From positions 7,316,001 through 7,380,000 of the forward strand of contig OX597829.1 of assembly GCA_951406725.2 (NCBI GenBank): a stretch of DNA of 64,000 nt. The letters are read 5' to 3'. Position 1 is the first letter of the stretch, and each line of letters begins with the position of its first letter. Below, in pieces: positions 54,002 to 64,000 of this stretch. Below the pieces are notes generated by a model. The model searched no databases. It had not been told where the DNA came from and was given only the letters and a program-made list of their open reading frames with translations. The position numbers and the translations under genes are program-made. This DNA is from Octopus vulgaris (taxonomy: Eukaryota).

Positions 54002-55280
54002 ATGGCCGCTCCGCTGGCAGTGTGCACCATTAAAGAAAAAATGTGAGTGAACCGATTTTTCCGGTCTGAAGTCATGTCAGGCGCGAAAATTCATCGCAGT
54101 TTTCATGAGAATACAGGGACTACTGCTTAGAAGTGTAAGAGTGGATTGAAAAGTTGAAAAATAGCCGGACAGGTGTGAAACGCGAAGTGGGAACAGGACG
54201 CCCATCAACCTTCACAACTGACGTGAAGATTCAGCAGACTCAAGAGATGGTTCTGGCGAACCGACGAATGGCCATCGGTGAAGTTGCATGTTCTCTACAA
54301 ACTAGTCATGGTTCCGCTTACGAAATTATCCACAAACTTCGCTTCCGTGAAGTCTGTATAAGATGATTTTCAAGAGAGCTTACCTTAGCGTATAAGCGCA
54401 ATCGTATGAAGGTCTGTCAGCGAATGTATGACCGCTACAACGATGATGGCAAAGCTTTTTTTAAGGAAATATTCTCAGGAGATGAGACCTGGGTCCTTTG
54501 AGCCAGAATGCAAAATGCCGAGTATGAAGTAGAAACACACGGAATCGTCAGAGAAAAGAATTCAAGACTGAAACTTTCGCAGCAAAAGGTGATGATAGTT
54601 GCGCTTTGAGAAACAAAAGGGTCTATACTGGAACATTACCTGGAAATGGAGTCTACAGTCATCAGCGTGGACCACATTGAAGTGCCGACCAAGGAACGCA
54701 AACCAGCAATTCTCACCAAAAGCCAAAGTCTATTGACAATGCAAGTGTTATTGTTACACCAGAGCCTTGTGATAGGATATGGTAGACATAAACTGAAAGC
54801 TCGCCCTGTGACTGTGATGGTGTGCGTGTATGTGTGTATGTATGCGTGTGTGTTTGTGTGTGTGTCTTTGTGTCTTCGCTAAAGCCTCATCATTTTTTGA
54901 CAACTGGTGTCTATTTATGTTTCGGTAACTTGGATAGAGCAAGTACGAGTCTTTAAAATGTATTGGGGTTGATTCGTTTGCCTAAAAGCTCTTCAAACCC
55001 GTGCTCCAGCATGGTTACAGTCTAATGACTGAAGCAAGTAGAAGATTAAAGATAAAAATAGATAACCCCCCTTCCCCATATGGTTACCTACAGCGTTGAA
55101 AGCGAAGTAAAATTGGGTTTCGATTGGCTGAAACACCTTTCATACAGTCCAGATCTCGCCCTTTCCAACTATCGTCACTATGAACCGGTCAAACATCTTT
55201 TACATGATTTGCCAAAGACGAAGAAGTGCTGGAAGCGGTGAATAAACGGTTGCCTCGAACGAAACATTATGGAGTAATAG
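54002..55280 (+). mobile_element. Mariner transposase pseudogene interrupted by a partial family B SINE (~54755-55035)
   Basis: MAAPLAVCT..; GTGRPST; GDETWV; YSPDLALSNY resumes after the SINE. Confidence 0.82.
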
Positions 55281-55643
55281 AAGCTCAATATATGCCTGAT
55301 CCGCCATTTTAATTTCAAATGAAACTCACGATCACAGAAACTGGCAACGAAGATATATTTGATAAAATTCTCTATGCAAATTATCAGATGGTGACTATTT
55401 ATAATTATAATAGCTTATATAAACTCTATGCATTTCGTTAAAGACTGGTTTTAACATTAGTTAGAAAACTAAAGCATTTCCTTGTTAGACCTTATTTTAG
55501 TTAATAACTACTACGTGTAGTAGCTGATAAGATAATGGAATCTAACACATGTTATAGGGTCTATCACTTGTTAGATACCAGAATTCACACTCATATGTAC
55601 CTTGCTCTGAGTGTGTGTGTGCATACGCGTGCATACACTCACA

Positions 55644-55696
<53 letters not shown>

Positions 55697-55869
55697 TCAC
55701 AGAAAGGATGGGTGGACTTTGTTTACAAATGACAGAGTATTTAATATTATTTGTATTGTTTATATTTGTTGGAATTTTGCATCACATGCGTTTTACATGG
55801 AGACATTTGCATGTTGCTAGATTGAAAGCCTATGGCATTAAAAATTATTGTAGGGGCAGTACTTTAAAG

Positions 55870-56905
55870 TTAATGGAATTCAGAAAGGGAAAAATCTCAT
55901 TTATATAGAATGCTGTTTCCGTTTTATCGGACACAAATTTAAGGACTTGAATAAGACATTGTATGTGGTCTTCGTTGGATTCACGAAGGCATTTGACACA
56001 GTAAAAACTACGGGACAGCAGCAGTTATTCGAAAGGTTTAGGAGTCTGATGATATATATTCGTATCGCGACATAAATGCACAGGTTAAAGCTCTGCGTGA
56101 CTTGATATTACAGTGAGAGTCAAGCAGGACAGGATGTTATTGCACACGTTATTCTCGCTTGATTTGACGGCAATAATTGAAGTGTCATTCCGTGACTCAA
56201 CAGAAGACACAATCAGAAAGAACAGGCATGAAGTGCAGCATCTTGAAGCTAAGATCAAGGCCACATGTATATTACTGAAAGATATATTATTTGTTGCTGA
56301 TTGGGTCTGGTGTCCCATAGTGCAGAAGACGGGTGATTTTAACGGTGCAGACATAAATGGCGGCTTCAAAATTTTCGTCCGGAAAACTGAAATTTTGTGA
56401 CAACCAAATCCTGACTCGAGTATAGTGTCTTAAACCGATTCGTCGTTATTGATTGACAGGAATAGGAACAGGGACTGGTAAAGGTTAACCTCTTTATCTA
56501 TTGGGGCAATTCATTAAGTAATACTCGTTGGATTAGTCACAAACTAGATTGTAAGATTTGCTAGGCAAGCTCAGTATTCGAAATTTTGATAAAGTGACTA
56601 TTTTATCATTAAGTATATATTGTCTCAAGGGAAGTGCAGATATGTTGAACAATGGTATTGTTCACCTAAATATTATGAATAGGAGGCATATATTTTAGCG
56701 CATACAGAACATAGAATTGCTTATATTCATAATGAGACACCTGAAATAAATAATGAACATAACATAAAAAGACAGAGTCGGGAACAACATCCATCCTAGA
56801 GAAAGTCAATCCTCCTAGCAATGAATAAATATTATTAGAACTGAACCTTTTCTGGACTGGACATATCCAGATGATGGGAAAAGAACTCAGGTATGTTATA
56901 TACTT
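55870..56905 (+). pseudogene. RTE-clade LINE RT fragment (continues at 58330-58470)
   Basis: LYVVFVGFTKAFDTV; VKQD..LHTLFS; DILFVAD; KIFVRKTEIL; LFWTGHIQMM. Confidence 0.8.
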
Positions 56906-56961
56906 ACATACATACATACACACAGATGGACAGATGGACAGATAGACAGACAGTTAGGCAG

Positions 56962-57003
<42 letters not shown>

Positions 57004-57034
57004 GGGGAGAGAGAGAGAGAGTGATACATACATT

Positions 57035-57260
57035 CATTATTATTAGTTCGTCCGCCGTCGTCGACGATGAACAAGAGCATCACATGGGAGAAGAAGACGG
57101 GGCACGGTGTGTGGATCTTTGGCCGATCTGCCTGATACGTGCATGGAAGGCTCTGCAGCAAGTTGGGCACCGGTTGTCTGCTGAGACTGAAGGCGACGAG
57201 TTGGCTCTGCACTTTCGCAATTCGCGTTTTCATTGTGTTCCTGAAATTATGTTCTGTTCG
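57035..57260 (-). mobile_element. RTE (BovB-like) LINE 3' end
   Basis: CPTCCRAFHARIRQIGQRSTH matches CxxCxRxFxARIGLxSHxRTH; short UTR and (TAA)n tail. Confidence 0.75.
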
Positions 57261-57261
57261 T

Positions 57262-57710
57262 AGGAGGTGGAAACTCTGGGAAACTGTGCACAGTTGTGCA
57301 AATCAGCTACCAAGCGGAAGATCATTGAACTACGCTGAACTATTAATAAATCTGCAGTTACTCTAACCAGATTACAAATTCAGGCTTACACTTGTAATTA
57401 TTGGGGTACGGGGATATGTAACACACTGTCTAAATACCAATCTTGAGAAATTAGACTTCTCAAAATCTGAAAGGAGAAAGCTGATTCGAAGACTACAGAT
57501 CTAACTGCGAAATTCTGTGAAATTTGCCAGTAGTTAATCAATTAAGTTTATGTCTTGATATGCAGGAATACAAATCTGCAAGTGTACATGTATACATACA
57601 TAATACCCTGTTGTTGATGTTCAAATTCCAATGAAGAAGCCTTGGATCTAGGTTAGAAACCGGTTCTTTCTCTATTGGCAAGAAATCTTGAAATAAATTG
57701 AATAATGACA
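57262..57710 (+). mobile_element. RLE-type LINE 3' end running into (CATA)n
   Basis: VHSCANQL..NYAELLINLQLL*PDYKF..VIIGVR..LNTNLEKLDF..LIRRLQI; homologous to 16341-16868. Confidence 0.78.
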
Positions 57711-57781
57711 TACATACACGCATACATACATACATACATACATACATACATACATACATACATACATACATACACGCATAT

Positions 57782-57812
<31 letters not shown>

Positions 57813-57818
57813 CATACA

Positions 57819-57880
<62 letters not shown>

Positions 57881-58329
57881 CATACATACATACATACATA
57901 TATACATACATACATACATACATACATAAATACATACATACACACATACATAGATGCATACACGCACACATGCATACATGCACACATGCATGCACGCATA
58001 CATAGATGCAAACATACATGCATTAACGCACACATGCATACACGCACATACTTACATACAAGTATACATGCACACACATGCATACACACATACGCACGTA
58101 CATGTATGCATGCATACATAAGGACATAAATACATACAAACATATATACATAAATTTATACATACAAGCATGCATAAATACACACATACATGCATACATA
58201 CATACACACATAAATGCATACACGCACACATACATACATACATACAATTATACATGCATGCATACATACATACATACATACATACATACATACATACATA
58301 CATACATACATACATACATACATACATAG

Positions 58330-58470
58330 TCTACTCGGAGTCTTCTGGTGTTACAAAGCATCAGAGCAGACCTCAAGTGGAATATAAGAATGTGACAAAA
58401 AATAACAAGAAAATATCAGACATCGGCAGTTGGACTACAGCAGCAGACGATAGAAAACAGAGGAGCTGAC
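58330..58470 (+). pseudogene. RTE LINE continuation
   Basis: YSESSGVTKHQSRPQVEYKNVTK..IGSWTTAADDRKQR matches LYGEL..GRP..RYKD..WE..A.DR..WR. Confidence 0.65.
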
Positions 58471-59630
58471 TAGCTCTCTTCTAAAACAATTCGCAACACT
58501 TCATATCACTGCCGAATATCGCTGGACTGCTTTTGGCAAGGATGTTAAAATATTTTTTTTTGTATTATTTCAGCGGTTTCAAAACTAATTTATTGATTAT
58601 ATCGACCTCAATACTTTCACGGAACTTATTTTCATAAATATAAGAATGGCAATTATCCCCATCACACGAAGAGACGTTTCCGCGGTTTCTTGACCTGCTA
58701 GAAATATCAGTCAAATTTTCTTCGAATTACATTCTTAAAATGATTCATAGGATGGTAGAGACGTGGATACACTGACCAAACATTATATAAAATTTGGAAT
58801 GGTCAATGTAGGCATGTCTTTAGCAGTAAATATATTATCACTACTAACTGATGATGATGATGATGATGACGACGACGACGATGATGACGACGATGACGAC
58901 GATGATGAAGCCGATGATGATGATAGCTATTCCGGCGTAATGATTGTCGTTGGCATCATTACAATTGCCGTTGCCATCCTCATCTTACCTTATTCTTACT
59001 CTTCCTCCAACTCAACATCCACCTTCTCATTCTCATCCACGTGCGCATCCTCCTACGTCTCTTCACCATCACCACCACCACCACCACCTAAACTTTTATC
59101 AGCTTCCACTAAATAGCAATCACTATCATCAGCACCACTATCGTCACAATCGTTATCACGAACACCGCCGCCATTACTGCTACGAACATCATCATCATAA
59201 TCACCATCTTCAAATTCATCGACTCCTCCGCTAACACCCGTGTAATCAGCAGTATTAACATTATCGTGGGTAATACCGTGTGCATCAGTTCGTTAATCCT
59301 TTCGTCTACACACGCGTAATGAAGTAACCTGTATTAGATGTATACACACAGACACACAGTGAGAGAAAGACCGAGAGAGAAAGAGAGAGATGGAGAGAGA
59401 CATTCAAATTTATCTACATTACATCTATTCAAATACCCTTATAATGACAACCCGCAAACTACAAATTCTAATCTTTCTTGTTAGCACATTACTACATCAA
59501 ATTCTTTGCCATGTACCCTCACTTATCCACACATGCTCCACTAATACACACAAGCGTAAATTCATTAACACATGCAGTTACAGATATGTACGCAACATCT
59601 CTCACTTTGTGTGGGTGTTCGCACGCGCGA

Positions 59631-59912
59631 GAAGTCGCGTGGCCTGGTGGTTAGCGTGTTGCACTTACGATCGCAAAATCGAGGTTTCAATTCGTGGACC
59701 GGGTTCTGCGTTGAGTTCTTGAGCAAAGCACTTCATCTCACGTTGCTCTGCGATCACCCTAACCTAACCTGACGCGTTGTACACTTGTGCAGCTATTCAG
59801 ACAACGTCGATTTGATGTGAGCTAACGTACACCACACGCACATTTCGTTACTGTAAACAAATCATTTGTGCAGACTGAGAACAAACATATGTCGTCTTCG
59901 ACGGGAGAATCC
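59631..59912 (+). mobile_element. tRNA-derived SINE (family C-like head)
   Basis: tggcctggtggttag (A box), ggtttcaattc (B box), ttcttgagcaaagcactt. Confidence 0.75.
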
Positions 59913-59924
59913 TTCATATATGAA

Positions 59925-59996
<72 letters not shown>

Positions 59997-60704
59997 CATA
60001 CATACATGTACACAGGGAGGAGATAGATAGACAGACAGACAGACAATATACAAGTAGCTTTTGTCAGCTGATGTTATGTATTAGGCATGAAGTATGAGTT
60101 TCCAGTTAGGCTTACCACTAAAACTCCGGTTTGAACTGCGACAGAAGTGTGATGTTGAAGTTGCCTATCAGAGGTGGCTAGAAGTGTTTCTTCCTTGAGC
60201 GGATATCGATTAAAGTAAAAATGGAAAGGCAAAGCGTTTGGTATTACTTGAAAAGAACATTTAATTTAGATAGAGAACTAAATTCTCTATCTAAATTGTC
60301 GTTTCCAAATGATGCCAAACGGTTCGCTTTTTCATTTTTACTTTTAATCTATCTATCTATATGTCTGTGCGCACGCTCTTACTCTGCTTTGTTCTAAGGA
60401 GTAAGATCTTAGTTCTTTCAAATTTTCCCGGTGCTCATCTGCTTATCAGGCAATTTCTTTGTTTCGTAACATTGGACTGGCTTGGTATCCTCAGTTAGTT
60501 TAAAATATGTTGCAACTCCAGATGAAAACAATGTATACGTTTCCTATTTGATGATAATATCACATCAAAATCCGGCATTCTGCCGTGCTCTGGGTCTTGT
60601 TCACCTTGTAATATACAACTAACAATTAACAATAATATACCCTGCAAAGATGCACGGTGTCATTCGCCTAGTGAGAACTTTAATTTGTGTATGTTCGTCT
60701 TTGA

Positions 60705-60843
60705 ATGTATGTATGTATGTATGTATGTATGTATGTATGTATGTATGTATGTATGTATGTATGTATGTATGTATGTATGTGTGTATGTATGTATGTATGT
60801 ATGTATTTATGTATGTATGTATGTATGTATGCATGTGTGTATG

Positions 60844-60877
<34 letters not shown>

Positions 60878-61179
60878 TGTATTTATGTATGTGTGTTTGT
60901 ATGTATTTATGTATGTATTTATGTATGTATGTATGTGTGTATGTATGTATGTATGTATGTATTTATGTATGTATGTATGTATGCATGTATGTATGTATAT
61001 ATGTATGTATGTATTTATGTATGTATGAATGTGTGTATTCATGCATTCATCTATGTATGTACGAATGTATGTATATATGAATGTATGCATGTATATAGAT
61101 ATGTATGTATGTATATTTATATATTTTATATACAAATATGGCTATGCATATATGTGCGAGTATTCATATGTATATACAT

Positions 61180-61268
<89 letters not shown>

Positions 61269-61404
61269 TACACAGATGCGCGCACATATACTCCCATATA
61301 ATGCATATCTTTCTTTAAATATATATATGTATGAATATATGTTTGTATATATGTACGTTTTGTATGTATTTATGTGTGTATGTATTATATATATATATGT
61401 GTGT

Positions 61405-61470
<66 letters not shown>

Positions 61471-61475
61471 TGTGT
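60705..61475. repeat. (TATG)n/(TA)n/(TG)n microsatellites
   Basis: Direct reading. Confidence 0.95.
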
Positions 61476-62140
61476 ACGTCCCGCAGATTTATTTCTATCC
61501 ATACCTTCTCATCAGGTTACCTCTAGCGGTAACCTGATGAGAACTAAAAATAAGACACGGAGAGAGAGAAAAAAAAAACCATAAAAAAATGAACAACATC
61601 GACAGTGACAACAACAACAAAGGGAGCAACAAAAATATAATTAAGCAAAAGTATTACATGGTGCAATTCATGTCCAGTTTGAAGAAAATTCTTTCAACTC
61701 AGGTGATCTTACTTAGGAGCCCTCCCAGGTATGTAGGGTCTTAGAAAATCCCACAAAGAAAGCGAAAGAAACAATAGTAACCCCCACCTACCTCCACCCG
61801 CTCGCGCCCTCACACACACACACACACGCAACCACCCACGCCCACATACCCCAACTCCCACCCACGAAAGTAAAATAAATGAAATGAAAGAAAAATTATA
61901 TATGACGATAAAATATATGAAGAAATCCGCTACACACAAACTTTATATTTGTAGATTTTAAAAAATGTATATATATATATATACATATATACATATATAC
62001 ATATATATACATATATATATATATATATGTACATATGTACATATATATATGTATATATATTTATATATATATGTATATATATGTATATATACATACAAAC
62101 ACTCACATATATATATCTATATACGTACATATATATATAT

Positions 62141-62183
<43 letters not shown>

Positions 62184-62829
62184 CCTAAGTGTTTGTGTGT
62201 ATGTGTGCCTTTGTGTGTGTCTATGTGTGTGTGTGTGTGTATGTGCGTGTATCAAAGATAAAGTGGGAATGTTCTTTTTTTAGTGTACGAGTTCGGGGCG
62301 GTAGCTATGGACTTTATTATTGTTGTTGTTGTTTTACATGTCTAAGGCTTAATGACGCAGCAGCAGGCGTTTTGGCACAAGGGACGGATTAAAGTATTAT
62401 TCTAGAGGCATGGGGGTGTGAGGTGGTAGTTAGTGGTGGTGGTGGTGGTGGTGGAGGACGGTGAGGGGTGAAATTGGAGAGGATATTGGAGGTAGAGACG
62501 GTGGCGGGGACTGTCAGTTTAGTTTTGCTACAGGTGATAGCAGCTGTAGGTGTGTTGGTGATAGTAATTAAGGATGGTATTGGTGGTAGTATAGTTGCTG
62601 GTGGTAGTTTTAGTGGTTATGATACTGTTGTTAGTATGGATACTGTTGCTATTGATAGTGATCCTGGTGGTAGTTGTGTTGTTGTTGTTGTTAGTGGTGG
62701 TGGTGGCCGTCGTGGTGGTCATGGTGGTACTGTCGCCGTCGTCGCCATCGTCACCACCGTCATCATTGTTGTGAGATGATGGGAGTTGTAACTGAGAGTG
62801 TTAAGTGCGCGTGTTCGCAGCAGTAATAG

Positions 62830-63800
62830 TGTTGGAGATAGACAACACGTCGCTATACATTATTGTAATCTATGTTCGAAACCGACCCTTCTTAAGACAG
62901 TCGTGGTGTATTTATAGACGATCTTGTCGAAGTCTAAATTGATCTGAACCCCATCAAAGTGATATTTAGTCCTAATCTGCTTTTCAACAACCGCATTAAA
63001 TGGGGGTTGTTATGCATAAATCTGCCGAATATCTCATGGTTTTGTGCACTTCTCTCACAACACTGCAAATGACGCTTGTCGAGTTTTTTTTTTTTTTGAG
63101 GTTCCTTTTTTTCGAAAACTTTTAGTCATTCAAAATATTATGGACCTAAAATTATTTTTTACCTCCCTCGTTTTCGAACGCTTCTCAGCAGCATCACCAC
63201 ATTTTGGTTCATAAATTGGGAATGAATCCAGTCCGCTGCCAGTCGTGGTAATGCCAAGATAGAAGTGAACATATCTGTCATGTCAATCAAGAGTTCCGAT
63301 GGCAGACCATCCGGTCCAGAGGATTTCTTCTGGTACAAACAATTCATATATCCATTATTTCAGCAGCTAAAAGCGGCGAGCTGGCAGAAATGTTAGCACG
63401 CCGGGAGAAACGTTTAGTGGTATTTCATCTATCTTTATGTTCTGAGTTCGAATTCCGCCGAGGTTGACTTTGCTTTTCATCCTTTCGGGGTCGATAAATT
63501 AAATGCCATTTACGTATTGGGTCGATCTAATCAAATGACGCCTCCCCCAAAATTTCGGATCTTGTGCCTAGATTAGAAAAGATTATTTCAGCAGCTAGTG
63601 TCAGATTTTCGCTGCGCTTTGTATTTTTCAACGCAGAACTTTGTATCTTCAGTCTGTCATTCTTGTGAAATCTTTGGCAAGCGTTACTAAATGTCTGCAC
63701 ATACCTAATAACAACCGCAACTGCAGTGTCTGTTACGACCCGTCGAAGATCAAAGTGTGAACTTTTTTATCATGGTGCCAGTGTTTTACACGATGGCATT
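62830..63800 (-). pseudogene. Tx1/L1-like LINE RT fragment interrupted by a SINE
   Basis: KKSSGPDGLPSEL..MFTSILA..VVMLLR; INLDFDKIVYKY..VLRRVGF. Confidence 0.65.
63370..63581 (+). mobile_element. SINE family A with 16-bp target-site duplication
   Basis: attatttcagcagcta at 63354-63369 and 63582-63597. Confidence 0.92.
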
Positions 63801-64000
63801 GAATGATTTTTGCGACCTGCTATTTGAGAACACACACCTAAACACGAACAACTCATATTTTCTGCTTCGAATCATTGAAATTGTGAATGATGACTTTCAA
63901 TGCCTATGTGATCCTGTTTTGGTATCGCATCTTCTAATCGACTAACTTTTGCCCAGCTGTACATGTCCCTCATAACCACATCTTAACTAAATCTAATAGA

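Noticed and set aside
57625-57670. ATGAAGA...GAAA ccgg TT as a hammerhead in a LINE 3' UTR
   Set aside because: No stem I, and the paralog at ~16380-16425 lacks the core; better explained as a UTR stem-loop

Overview
Eukaryotic, repeat-saturated, apparently gene-free 64 kb of intergenic or intronic DNA. The SINE families and (TA)n/(CATA)n/(GATA)n/(TAA)n load suggest an octopus-like cephalopod; this is inferred, not verified. No host protein-coding gene is supportable, and nearly all long ORFs in the track are microsatellite artefacts. Recognisable content: four decayed mariner elements and one DD37D/maT-like transposase, a non-autonomous Helitron, fragments of RTE, CR1-like, Tx1/L1-like and RLE-type LINEs, tRNA-derived SINEs and several Penelope-like element (PLE) fragments. 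The RLE LINEs include an R4/Dong-like pile-up in (TAA)n and copies ending in (CATA)n. The most interesting signal is non-coding: about a dozen type I hammerhead ribozyme motifs from roughly nine unrelated sequence families, read by eye. Most have palindromic mini stem III, three different 3-8 core pairs occur (C-G, U-A, G-C), one family forms a 474-nt tandem retrozyme-like unit, and several inverted repeats have breakpoints at the ribozyme.
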